From Candidatus Hodarchaeota archaeon (GTDB lineage: Archaea; Asgardarchaeota; Heimdallarchaeia; Hodarchaeales; Hodarchaeaceae), in contig JAEOTQ010000057.1 of NCBI GenBank assembly GCA_016839785.1, forward strand, positions 1 to 45,772: 45,772 nt of DNA, written 5' to 3'. Shown here piece by piece: positions 10,243-19,698 of this stretch; within the stretch, counting starts at the first letter, position 1; each line of letters starts with the position of its first letter. A program made the position numbers and the translations under genes. The notes beneath the pieces were generated by a model. It searched no databases and had not been told where the DNA came from. It saw nothing but the letters and a program-made list of their open reading frames with translations.

Positions 10243-10384
10243 GTGATTCTCCCTAGTTTGTTGTTTATTCTATACTCTTCGAATGAATAGTTGCCTAATC
10301 CCCAATATTAAAAGATTATTCGTTTTTTATCGAACAAGAAATATAAAACTTTATTGAGAAATCAAGTATAATGAGGATTAGTTT

Positions 10385-11092
10385 TTGGAACCGTACAAGA
10401 TTCGTTCAAAACTTGGTTTTCGGAGACGATTTATTCATTATTTTCTATTAAATTTGGCCCGAATGATCTTCTGGTTCATACCATTTGAGGTGCAGGGGAA
10501 AGAAAATCTTCCAGACGAAGGGATACCTACATTACTCACTTCCAACCATTTAAGCCATATTGACTCAGTTTTTACCGCTGTAGCGGCTTTTCCAGTTAAG
10601 CGAGCTATTCGTTTTACAGGAGCAGCCGATTTCATGAAAAAAATCATGTTTAAATGGACAAAGTATGAATTAGCATTTCCTGTAGGGCGAGGACCATTAG
10701 AAAGAACCAGATTTATTCGCAATAGTCTTACATTGCTTACAAATAAAGAAACTGTAGGAATCTATCCAGAAGGAGGAAGATCAAGATCTGGCAAGTTTCA
10801 ATTTGAAAAAATTAAAGTAGGAACAGGATGGATTGCTAAGTTAGCAGGACCCGATACTAAAGTAATCCCTGTTTTCGTTTATGGTACAAATAATATCATT
10901 CCATTTGGAAAGTTCTTTCGTTTAAACTTCCATACTCAAGTGAGGATCTATTTTGGACCTCCTCTATCTTTAGATCAGTATTATCAGTTACCAAATGATC
11001 TAGAAACGTCCAAAAAAGTAACTAAAGCCATTGTCGAAGGAATTTTAGAACAGGGAAGACAATGCGCCAAGGATTTAGCTTCTAAAGACTAA
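10385..11092 (+). CDS. 1-acyl-sn-glycerol-3-phosphate acyltransferase family (PlsC-like)
   Basis: NHLSHID (HX4D), YPEGGRS and IPVFVYG motifs. Confidence 0.9.
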   Translation: MEPYKIRSKLGFRRRFIHYFLLNLARMIFWFIPFEVQGKENLPDEGIPTLLTSNHLSHIDSVFTAVAAFPVKRAIRFTGAADFMKKIMFKWTKYELAFPVGRGPLERTRFIRNSLTLLTNKETVGIYPEGGRSRSGKFQFEKIKVGTGWIAKLAGPDTKVIPVFVYGTNNIIPFGKFFRLNFHTQVRIYFGPPLSLDQYYQLPNDLETSKKVTKAIVEGILEQGRQCAKDLASKD

Positions 11093-11099
11093 GAGCGGA

Positions 11100-11570
11100 T
11101 TAATACTCCTCGAACAGACGATAATTCTCTAGTGAACCCCAATCCTCAATTTTATTAAATTTTTCTTTCTTTGATCGGAAATGAACCTTGATTGGCGCCT
11201 TATCCAGGACAGGATCAGTAAGAAAATGCTGCTGATCTCCATAACGAAAAGCTTCCAGTACTAAAGGCAATTCCTGACGAAATATTCTATCACGAAATTT
11301 CAATGTGCCAATTCCCCCACTTATTTGGCAATAAACATTGAGGGAACAACGCCCTTCATCTTCCAACCATTCAGCTAATACTTCATCACGCATAAGACGT
11401 GTCTGCCATCCCTTCAATTGTTGTCTATTAAATTCGGGAGCAATGGTCAAAAATAAATCTCCAGTTCGGTCTGAATGTGTTAAAGTATAGCAACGGGGTG
11501 TTAAACCGGATTCACTAGCTGTCGGGAAGGTGATCGTCACATGTAATTTTTCAGGGTTTAATCGGCTCAA
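11100..11570 (-). CDS. Staygreen (SGR, Mg-dechelatase-like) family protein
   Basis: PEKLHV, PRCYTLTHSDRTGDLFLTI, RDEVLAEW, IFRQELPLVLEAFRYGD, VHFRS and EDWG motifs. The start is probably TTG 11570; the ORF-track extension to 11723 overlaps heliorhodopsin. Confidence 0.9.
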   Translation of the reverse strand: MSRLNPEKLHVTITFPTASESGLTPRCYTLTHSDRTGDLFLTIAPEFNRQQLKGWQTRLMRDEVLAEWLEDEGRCSLNVYCQISGGIGTLKFRDRIFRQELPLVLEAFRYGDQQHFLTDPVLDKAPIKVHFRSKKEKFNKIEDWGSLENYRLFEEY

Positions 11571-11597
11571 CTGAAAAAACCAATATTGTTCATTATT

Positions 11598-11607
11598 AAA
11601 AAAAAAA
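11598..11607 (-). terminator. T10 tract just downstream of the heliorhodopsin stop; candidate archaeal terminator, possibly overlapping a TATA-like element for staygreen
   Basis: A-run at 11598-11607 on the + strand. TTTAATAA on the minus strand lies ~25-30 nt upstream of TTG 11570. Confidence 0.45.
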
Positions 11608-11620
11608 TAGAAGAGGGGGA

Positions 11621-12454
11621 TTATGCAAAAATTAATCCCGAAAATACAAGCCAGGCCAATGCTGATTTGGCAACCAGACTTAAAATTATGTATCCTCGTT
11701 CGCCAAACAGGTAATCTTTCCAAGGTCCAACCTTCTTATACTGAAGGAACATATTGAGAGCAAAGCTGTTGAAAAAGAGGAAATACATCACTATAGCAAT
11801 GTATACAAACGTAGGTGCCTGTTGACCTCCAAGATCGAAGCTAAGAAATGCACCAAGTATCACAATCCATGGCATTATTCCTGCGATCCATCCAATCCAA
11901 TATGGTAGCCAGTTGGTTTTTTTAGTGTATTGATTAATTTGCTCCATTAATAAACCGAACATGTTCATTAGAAAGTTCAATACAAAAACAAGTACTATCA
12001 CCCAAAAATCTAGGATTCCAAATGCAAGTGAAATGAAGATAATCATAACTGATGAGCTAAATGCATATTCCCACCAGCGGATTGGATTCATTTTTTTCTG
12101 TAGATTCGTAATGTAGGAGTTATTCAAAGGATATGCAATTAAGAAATGTGCTAAGGCTGACATTAAAAGAAAACTTGCCAGGAGAATTCCTGCAACATTT
12201 TCGAATGCAAAAAAAACCTCGGGTGCTGGACCAAAGATAGGTTTTGTTCCTGTTAATTCTACAATTTCTAATTTTGAGATATAAACATCTACTGAAAAGT
12301 TCCTTATTTCGTCAATAAATAAACTTAGCCCAAAAATCATTATTCCTTGCACTAAATGCAATATCGCCATTATTTTATTGAATTTTTTCAAATATGGCGC
12401 ACTTATGGAGGATTTCTCCCCATTAATAAAAGTAAATTCACTCATTTTCCTCAT
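11621..12454 (-). CDS. Heliorhodopsin
   Basis: 7-TM protein with TM1 LHLVQG, TM2 ALAHF, TM3 NPIRWWEYAFSSSVM (Arg/Glu counterion) and TM7 GERGYIILSLVAK (retinal lysine). Confidence 0.95.
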   Translation of the reverse strand: MRKMSEFTFINGEKSSISAPYLKKFNKIMAILHLVQGIMIFGLSLFIDEIRNFSVDVYISKLEIVELTGTKPIFGPAPEVFFAFENVAGILLASFLLMSALAHFLIAYPLNNSYITNLQKKMNPIRWWEYAFSSSVMIIFISLAFGILDFWVIVLVFVLNFLMNMFGLLMEQINQYTKKTNWLPYWIGWIAGIMPWIVILGAFLSFDLGGQQAPTFVYIAIVMYFLFFNSFALNMFLQYKKVGPWKDYLFGERGYIILSLVAKSALAWLVFSGLIFA

Positions 12455-12752
12455 ACCTTAATTTCTATGCGGTTTGTGGTAAATAAAAGGAATTCTTCGT
12501 GTTATTTAATAACTTAGCTTCACATTCTCACAATCTTACGATTCTCGTTCTCCCATGTCTAGATTCTCCACAAACAATTTACATTCAATGAATTTACAAT
12601 ATAGTAGTAATCATCATTTCTTTATGACTCTCAAACGTATTTTCGATGTTTATTAGTGAGAAGTCGTACATATTTAATACCAGTCTAAAAGCCATCCTTT
12701 TAGTTTCTTTTTGCTTATCAACAAATTATTCAACTTTAAATTGGTTTAGATC

Positions 12753-13135
12753 TTGAGTTTCAATGTAAAAAGGTATTCCAGTAATATAAAATGGCTTTTA
12801 AACCATCTATTAAACCAAAAATTACTACTGGCGAGTGTTCTTGTTGGAATTCTTATTGTCACTTTTTCAAGAGTTATCATTCCCATTTTTATTGGGGTAA
12901 TAATTGATAATATTCTTTTAACGGAGAAGCTTTGGATGTTCTTCTAAAAGGAAGAACCTCAATTATCATTGCCCACCGACTTTCAACCATTTTGAATGCA
13001 GATCGAATTCTTGTGATGGACAAGGGCAAGATTATCGAAGAAGGAAGCCACCAATCGTTACTTGAAGGAGGAGGAAAATATAGCCAATTATATAAACAAT
13101 ATTATGAACATCAAAGCGCCAATTGGAGTATCTAA
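12753..13135 (+). pseudogene. ABC transporter (fused TMD-NBD exporter) remnant with large internal deletion
   Basis: The first ~60 codons resemble an exporter N-terminus/TM1. They join out of frame near 12925-12935 to the extreme NBD C-terminus ([34 protein letters not shown]). Walker A/B and the signature motif are absent. Confidence 0.85.
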
Positions 13136-13214
13136 GATAAAACAATCTCATATCTTTCCGCTAGGAAATCAATTCCCATGTTTAGTGAATAAATTCTTTT
13201 TTGTGTAGGGATTA

Positions 13215-14129
13215 TTACCTCGGTGGTAAAACGAATAAAACCTGAGTATCTCTTAAACTAGCTCCAAGATCTTCAGCGACTTTGCTAGCTAAATCTCCAT
13301 TAGTAAAAGAACTAAATAAAAGGGATTCATCCCAGCTTAGGTCATTACAATGTAAAGCAATCTCTCCAAGAAGTATTTTCCATGTATCTTCAAACCCAGG
13401 ACGGATAGCCGTAAATCGTACAATTATTACATCTTCTACATAACCTCTCAAAGGAGCTCCTGCTGCTACAAGTAGATTATCTCTAAAAATCATAATTACA
13501 TGGTTATCAGGAATGACTCGGTCTTCAAAATAGGATTTCCAAGCCTCATCATTTGGGAAAGCCTCTTTGATATTTGAATCGTTTTTACATAAATCTATTA
13601 GTATATTAATATCATCTATTGCTCCCTTCCTAATCGTAAATTCATGGTTCGAATCTTTATTGACTTCTTTCGTGTCCAGTGAATAGAAAAATGCTTTATC
13701 TTTGATTAGAAATCCCTTATTCTTCGCAAATTCGGTTTGTCTTTTCCATGTTTCTGTAAAATATCCCATAACGATTTCATTTTCTGGAAATTTCTTCAAT
13801 ACATAATCTAGCATTTCCTCATATAAGAACTCTTGGACTTCCACAGGGCAATGCTCCATGGCCCAAGGATATCCGATCCAAGTTTGGGGAGGGGAGTTAG
13901 TAAAAGTAGTTTGAATATAAGCCAGTGGGTGTCCTTGTTCATCTAACGCGTAACGAACCCCTAATCTATCTTTTTTTTCATTAATATACCGTTGTTTAAT
14001 TTGATCGGCAGAGGCCTTACCAAATGCCGATTGAGGATTTCTTTTAAGTTCATCATTATATATCTGTGCCTGTAGTTCTTCAAAGCCTTGATCAGGTTCA
14101 TAATAACGATAAATAATTTTCATTCTCAT
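13215..14129 (-). CDS. Hypothetical protein, possibly tandem degenerate GNAT folds
   Basis: 304-aa ORF with two halves starting 'IYRYY' and 'TIRKG' and GNAT-like strand patterns (FAKNKGF; FTAIRPGF). Weak call. Confidence 0.55.
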   Translation of the reverse strand: MRMKIIYRYYEPDQGFEELQAQIYNDELKRNPQSAFGKASADQIKQRYINEKKDRLGVRYALDEQGHPLAYIQTTFTNSPPQTWIGYPWAMEHCPVEVQEFLYEEMLDYVLKKFPENEIVMGYFTETWKRQTEFAKNKGFLIKDKAFFYSLDTKEVNKDSNHEFTIRKGAIDDINILIDLCKNDSNIKEAFPNDEAWKSYFEDRVIPDNHVIMIFRDNLLVAAGAPLRGYVEDVIIVRFTAIRPGFEDTWKILLGEIALHCNDLSWDESLLFSSFTNGDLASKVAEDLGASLRDTQVLFVLPPR

Positions 14130-14244
14130 CAGAATCCGATATTTTTACCAGTTATTATTAAATATATTATTCTGGCAAATAAGCTAGAACATTAATGAAA
14201 AGGGAGAAGATAAAAAAAGAGGTTAGAAGGGGATTAATCCTTCT

Positions 14245-16695
14245 TTAGCTCTGTTTACGTCGTTTTCGTGATTTATAGAACGAAAATCCAGCAGCAGAGA
14301 ATAGTACCAAAACCAGTTCAAATCCAGGGGCCGATTTCTTCATTTCTCCTGGAGTAATTTTCTTGACTACGAGTGATTTTTGTTTAACTTCATTATCACT
14401 TATCGTATCATTATATTCCTCACTTAATTGGAATGTCATAGCTGTTGAAGGTATTTTCGAGATTACAACTTGAAGTGTACCGTTGTAAAGTGCCACTTGT
14501 CGTTCTAAATCAATGAAGAGATAAGTTGTGTCCGATACAGTTAAAATCAGCATAGTTTGCCATGTCTTGAGATCATCAGAACCTGACATATACGTTCCAA
14601 AGATATCTAGGTCACGGAGATTCGCACCGTGGGTGTGAATTCGATTTTCAAACGATATGTTTAGGCTTGCAGTTGCAGAGTAATTTCCAATTAAGTTCAC
14701 AGTGATGTTATAGATAGTATTTGCATCCAAATTCAGAGGAATACCGAAAATTTGGTCGTCATCAATGGTATGGTCACTATTTATATCAAAGCTTGTGGTA
14801 CTGCTAATACTTGATACAGGAATATAAGTACCTGCAAACCCTGTGGGACCAAATGCTGAAGATAGTGAGGAAAATGTTAATGGTGTGTATGATTGGTCAA
14901 TTACCTCATTTGTACTTACAATCAGTGTACCTGCAAATTCTGATATAGGATCTGTAAGATTCTGGGCTGATGTAGGATTAACTACTAGAATTGGAACATC
15001 GTAATCTCGAGTTGGTAAATATTGAGCAATTACCGTATTATTTGAAGATGGCCAAGCATCCCAGAGGCCATTGTTCTGTCGATTTCCTAATGTTGTAGAA
15101 CTCGATCCAGTGTTAACTAGTTCATTATATTTGCTAACAATGGTGTATTGATAGGTAATTGATTGATTTATATGATCTGTAGTCGATAAGTTAACAAAAT
15201 TTATGAGATTCCGAGTTAAGGGTAGCTCAATTGCTAATACACTCTCTTGGTCGATAGTGAATGGTAAGGCTCCAGGTGTTTGAATTGCCGCCATGTTTAC
15301 ACGAATTTCATCATCGACATTGAAGTTTAAGAACTCAATTGCGTACGTTCCACTCGGTAGATAACGCCAAACACTCCCGAAGAAATTTTCGTTTGCTTCA
15401 TAAATCCATTGACCCGGATCGCCTTCAACATAAATATCATAATCAAATCCGATTGATGAATTGAATCTGAGAACAGCGGGGGAAGACAGTGTAAATTCGT
15501 AGTACACAGAATGCTCAGGTGCAATATCCTGATTAAATGTTAGTGGTTCTATATCTTCCAATGTGAATTGAGATATCTCTTGAAAGAAGATTGAATAAGT
15601 TCCATGGGCTTCTCCTGGCGAATACATGAATAAAACTACCTCTTCATCCTCTGTTGCTCGGATAGATAATCCTTCTTGGTCTAGAGAACCCGAAATAGTT
15701 TCAAAGTAATTTCCAATTATGTATGTCATCGGTTGACTGCTAAGTACACCAGGTTTAACCTCATCCATTTCAAAAACGGTATTAATTCGATAATATTGGT
15801 CTTTCTCCAAAGTTAAATTGAACATCCTTAAAGAAAACATCTCATTATCAGGTTTGATTAATTGATCTGTATTATCATCTTTAAACCAGGGATCTCCTTG
15901 TTTAAATTCCTCCGTGAAAATCGTATTCACCTCTAAGTCTGGGAACCATGATGGGAATTCCCATTCGTGAGGTGTAAGTGTTATAAGGGTAGAATCATTC
16001 GTAACTAGAGTAAATTCTTGAAGACCTCCGACCATTGGAATAAATGGATACGTCATTTTACTTTCGGGGTTACCAACAGTATATCCACCTAATGGATATG
16101 TTGCTCCGAACCAGAGAAATCCCTCTGCTTTACTATTACTAAATGTCACATCCATAAAGAAACTACCGTCTGCTTGTAGAAATCCAGAGTAAAATGTACT
16201 ACCTTCTGCAAAGAAAGTTGAAGCATAATCCTCATGAAGGGATATGGCTGCTTTCTGGGATTTCGTGAATTCCGCATCCTTACTAGAATCTATTCGTACC
16301 GCCCGTGGATACATTGTACTTTCGAAGAAATTATGGTTTGAACTTCTAACATCATCACTTAATATAGAGGAAGAACCGATCAGTTCTCCTCGTGTAAGTG
16401 ATCTATCATAATCGGTGTAATCATTTTGTAATACATCAGTATATTGAGCGGATCCTGATCCTCCGCTTCCACCAAGATAATATACATCATTATAATCTGT
16501 ACCCGGGGGAATTGTATAATAATCCCAATCACCGTACGATGCTGGATACGATTCAGGGGTATAAGTATCTTCAACATCAACAATCGGGATTATTGGTATT
16601 TGATCCGCAACTGCAATTATGGGTGAAAAAGTAAATATCACTAGCACGAAAATGCAGAAGCTAATCAATTTTAAGTTTAATTTTTTTAGTATCAT
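14245..16695 (-). CDS. Large secreted cell-surface protein with PGF-CTERM-like sorting signal
   Basis: N-terminal signal peptide and an acidic, beta-rich body with many N-x-S/T sequons. C-terminus is APGF + hydrophobic helix + KSRKRRK. Confidence 0.8.
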   Translation of the reverse strand: MILKKLNLKLISFCIFVLVIFTFSPIIAVADQIPIIPIVDVEDTYTPESYPASYGDWDYYTIPPGTDYNDVYYLGGSGGSGSAQYTDVLQNDYTDYDRSLTRGELIGSSSILSDDVRSSNHNFFESTMYPRAVRIDSSKDAEFTKSQKAAISLHEDYASTFFAEGSTFYSGFLQADGSFFMDVTFSNSKAEGFLWFGATYPLGGYTVGNPESKMTYPFIPMVGGLQEFTLVTNDSTLITLTPHEWEFPSWFPDLEVNTIFTEEFKQGDPWFKDDNTDQLIKPDNEMFSLRMFNLTLEKDQYYRINTVFEMDEVKPGVLSSQPMTYIIGNYFETISGSLDQEGLSIRATEDEEVVLFMYSPGEAHGTYSIFFQEISQFTLEDIEPLTFNQDIAPEHSVYYEFTLSSPAVLRFNSSIGFDYDIYVEGDPGQWIYEANENFFGSVWRYLPSGTYAIEFLNFNVDDEIRVNMAAIQTPGALPFTIDQESVLAIELPLTRNLINFVNLSTTDHINQSITYQYTIVSKYNELVNTGSSSTTLGNRQNNGLWDAWPSSNNTVIAQYLPTRDYDVPILVVNPTSAQNLTDPISEFAGTLIVSTNEVIDQSYTPLTFSSLSSAFGPTGFAGTYIPVSSISSTTSFDINSDHTIDDDQIFGIPLNLDANTIYNITVNLIGNYSATASLNISFENRIHTHGANLRDLDIFGTYMSGSDDLKTWQTMLILTVSDTTYLFIDLERQVALYNGTLQVVISKIPSTAMTFQLSEEYNDTISDNEVKQKSLVVKKITPGEMKKSAPGFELVLVLFSAAGFSFYKSRKRRKQS

Positions 16696-16892
16696 TTCAT
16701 GATTCCTTCTTTCAAATAATGATATTCTCGTTCAAGGAATTCTGCTTTAAATAGCTTAAGAAATAAAAAATTCCTAGAATCCATTAAACTATGCAGGAAA
16801 CTGTGGGGATAGGAGACTTCAATAGCTTCTAAGAAATAAAATCTATAGACCAAATAAAAGTTCGATGAAAGATGTTAATTTCAATCAAACAG

Positions 16893-18389
16893 TTACTTTT
16901 TACTTTTACGGCGTCTGTAAGTGATATATACAAGTACAGTAATAATTATTGTAAATTCCCAAGCATACCCAGCGGCTCCTGTTGGTTCTTCAGTTTCTGT
17001 TGTCGAAGTATGCGTTTCATGGGATTCTGTTTTTTCTAATTTCAGGAATTCTTCAAAAGTAAGAAGAAGATTCACATGATCAATAAGAAACTGATTTTCA
17101 CTATCCTCATTCGATGTGAAATAACTAGAATTTTCAGTCCCAAATGTTGATCTCACTATACTGAGTGTATATTCTGCAAAATTCCTTTTTTCATGTAAAA
17201 TGTTCATTCTGATAAAAAATAGTTGATCTAAGAGAAAAATTTTATCGGAAAGTTCATCTGAGGTCTGATTATACCTATAGGCAATACTCCAATCTTGTTG
17301 GAGGAAAAAGTTAGTAAGAAAGTTATTTAATCTAGTTGAAAGACTATCAATGATAGTTAATGCCCCTAAAAGTGATCTTAACTGATTTAAAGCTAATATC
17401 ATCTCAGATTGTTGATAACTGTAAAAAATAGGGGAGGGTATTGTTATGTTATATTCAAAGGATTCTGGAAGACCATCTGTAGTTATTGTAAGGAAATTTA
17501 ATGTTTCTAGTAATTGAATTGCTATTTCTTGCGTTATGCTGAGATTAAATACAGATGGATGCTCAGCTGTTTTGGCCAAAACTTGAGAAAAGAGTATTTG
17601 GTCATGAGTATTAACTAATGTATTGTTATCTGGATCAAAAATACCAGTTTCATTGTTGTATGCTGAACTTATATTTTGCCATAGCTGTTTACTAATATTC
17701 TGATAAGTTTCAAGCTCACTTGTTTCTAGTAGAATATTTTCTGGTGAATAGGCAACTAAGCTTCTTAGAGCCAAAAGCTCGAAACGAAGATTTTCAGTCA
17801 GATATGTTGTTTTATTCCACAATAGATATGTCTCAAATATCAAGCTTCTACCAAGATTCCACCATTCTGAGTTTTCATCGAATTGACTTAGAATCCATAC
17901 TAGATCGAATAATTCGAGGTCAGAAATTGTCTGGGATCGATTAATTGTACCATTGACAACAACTGGGTTGATTGAGGAGTGGTTAGGTGCAATCATAGCG
18001 TTGATAAAAACCTCTACTTGGGGAATTGACGTTGTTATTGCCTGTTCGGTGTCAATAGGTTGGGTTGTTTCCATTGAAGTTGTTGTAGTAGCAATCGTTG
18101 TCGTAGTTGTAGCAGTCGTTGAAGGAGTCGTAGTTGTTGTATCATCGCCGTTGTTATTTTTTCCAGAATCAAGCTCTAGGAAAGATCCTCCAAGCATTAA
18201 GCTCGAGGATATGATTATGAGAATCATTACACCAATTATCTTGAATGGAAGTTTCTTCCTCGGTTTGAATAATAAAGGTGGTTTTCCATTCTTCATTTGT
18301 GTAATGGATTCTCGACTTTGTCGAATATAATCATCTAATTCTTGCTGAGATGGTGATTCAAACCCTTTTTTACCCCGAATTTCACTCAT
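16893..18389 (-). CDS. Membrane-anchored surface protein: N-terminal TM, Thr-rich linker, helical domain, C-terminal TM plus basic tail
   Basis: TM IIGVMILIIISSSLMLGG, a poly-Thr linker and C-terminal AAGYAWEFTIIITVLVYITYRRRKSKK. Confidence 0.75.
   Translation of the reverse strand: MSEIRGKKGFESPSQQELDDYIRQSRESITQMKNGKPPLLFKPRKKLPFKIIGVMILIIISSSLMLGGSFLELDSGKNNNGDDTTTTTPSTTATTTTTIATTTTSMETTQPIDTEQAITTSIPQVEVFINAMIAPNHSSINPVVVNGTINRSQTISDLELFDLVWILSQFDENSEWWNLGRSLIFETYLLWNKTTYLTENLRFELLALRSLVAYSPENILLETSELETYQNISKQLWQNISSAYNNETGIFDPDNNTLVNTHDQILFSQVLAKTAEHPSVFNLSITQEIAIQLLETLNFLTITTDGLPESFEYNITIPSPIFYSYQQSEMILALNQLRSLLGALTIIDSLSTRLNNFLTNFFLQQDWSIAYRYNQTSDELSDKIFLLDQLFFIRMNILHEKRNFAEYTLSIVRSTFGTENSSYFTSNEDSENQFLIDHVNLLLTFEEFLKLEKTESHETHTSTTETEEPTGAAGYAWEFTIIITVLVYITYRRRKSKK
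18076..18142. repeat. Low-complexity trinucleotide tract encoding the Thr-rich linker
   Basis: gtt/gta/gtc iterations on the + strand correspond to TTTTTTPSTTATTTTTIATTTTS on the - strand. Confidence 0.7.
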
Positions 18390-18411
18390 AGAGATGCATC
18401 AGCCATAGTTT

Positions 18412-19218
18412 TCATTTTTGGAGTAGTTTATTACAAAAAGTTTCAATTTCAACAGTGAAGGGATGATTTTTTTCATCAAGAACATAAATTCTCTCAGTTA
18501 CGAAAGGAACTCTAGGAAAGGAATGCAAAAGTGGTATTGGAACAGAGCTTTCCTCGAGACATTTAGTGATACCTAGCACATTTACCTTTGCAAAATTGAC
18601 ATCTAATGGATTAGGAGGATGCACTAAATCTTTTATGTTTTCTACTTGATTCATTATGGAGAAAATTTCAGCCCCTTCAAGTTTTGAATAACATTCTGAT
18701 ATAACTAACCTCAATCCAGAAATTTCTGATTTCACAGGACGGGTTACAACCATTATTTTATCCGAAACTATAAGTGCGTCAAGTGAGCGATAAGTAACAC
18801 CTGGCATGCAGTCGAAGATAAGAAAATCAAATTTTTGGGTATTGCAATACCTTACAAACTCGAATAATTTTGCGAGGATTCTTCCTTCACCATGCTGGGT
18901 TAATTTAGTGCGGACTTTAGATTCCTTTTGTTGAAATATTTCAATATCGGAGAATACACAATAGAAATTTTCTTTATCTGTAGAATTAATTACACTTTGT
19001 GGTTCATGATCACCGACGAGAAATCCAGTAAATGATTTTGCGGTTGGTGACATTGAAAAAGTACTTGAGATAAACAATGATTGATGAGATGGTGCGCGTA
19101 GATCAAAATCAACCAAGCATACTTTTTTACCCAATAATGCCAGCTGAACCGCCGTGTTGACGGAGAGGACAGTCTTCCCAACTCCACCTCTGTAGCTGTG
19201 AAACGTAATGGTCTCCAT
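18412..19218 (-). CDS. MinD/ParA family P-loop ATPase
   Basis: Deviant Walker A HSYRGGVGKT, LVDFDL and switch II FDCMPG; no evident C-terminal amphipathic membrane helix. Confidence 0.88.
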   Translation of the reverse strand: METITFHSYRGGVGKTVLSVNTAVQLALLGKKVCLVDFDLRAPSHQSLFISSTFSMSPTAKSFTGFLVGDHEPQSVINSTDKENFYCVFSDIEIFQQKESKVRTKLTQHGEGRILAKLFEFVRYCNTQKFDFLIFDCMPGVTYRSLDALIVSDKIMVVTRPVKSEISGLRLVISECYSKLEGAEIFSIMNQVENIKDLVHPPNPLDVNFAKVNVLGITKCLEESSVPIPLLHSFPRVPFVTERIYVLDEKNHPFTVEIETFCNKLLQK

Positions 19219-19662
19219 CTAACTGTTCGCTCCTACTATTCTATACCAGACTTCAGTTGCTCTACTATCTGATTCGATTTTTTCTCTTTTCTTCATTACG
19301 AATCCTTTTTGAGCTAAATAATTAAGATATCTGGATTCAAGACCCCGACTCCGAGAAGTCATATCCGCAATATCAGCACTTTTTACCCAATCTACCTTCT
19401 TTTGTATAGCTTTATATGTTTTGAAAATCCCAGGACGCGATTCCTGTAAATTTAGTATTTCAAGGCTTGAAGGCATTGAAGTGAGCTCATCTGATCTTGA
19501 AGAATCTGATATAGGTGCATTAGACTTGGATATTTCCAAGGAACCTACTGAAGATGAGTCTAAAGATGATTTGATTGATTGCAAGTTTTGAGAAATTGTT
19601 TTCAATTCATCTAGAATCTGTGAGAGTATTTTCTTTAGTTCCCTATCTTGTAAATCGGACAT
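19219..19662 (-). CDS. Coiled-coil plus C-terminal winged-helix DNA-binding protein
   Basis: N-terminal heptad helix; C-terminal 'SADIADMTSRSRGLESRYLNYLAQKGFV...WY' wHTH pattern. Its stop directly abuts the ParA ATG. Confidence 0.75.
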   Translation of the reverse strand: MSDLQDRELKKILSQILDELKTISQNLQSIKSSLDSSSVGSLEISKSNAPISDSSRSDELTSMPSSLEILNLQESRPGIFKTYKAIQKKVDWVKSADIADMTSRSRGLESRYLNYLAQKGFVMKKREKIESDSRATEVWYRIVGANS

Positions 19663-19698
19663 TTTCTACAACAAGCACTTATGTTTAAATCTTAATAA

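Noticed and set aside
11571-11723. 51-aa N-terminal extension of the staygreen ORF (207-aa call)
   Set aside because: It overlaps the heliorhodopsin 3' end and runs through a poly-T tract; family similarity begins at (M)SRLNPEKL, TTG 11570.
12515-12600. ATTCTC and TnnACA-like repeats upstream of heliorhodopsin, resembling CarH/LitR operators
   Set aside because: Only one pair has 11-bp spacing, such motifs are expected by chance in AT-rich DNA, and no such regulator is in the window.
17953-18330. Val-rich 125-aa + strand ORF that looks like a membrane protein
   Set aside because: It is the antisense shadow of the Thr-rich linker of 16893..18389.
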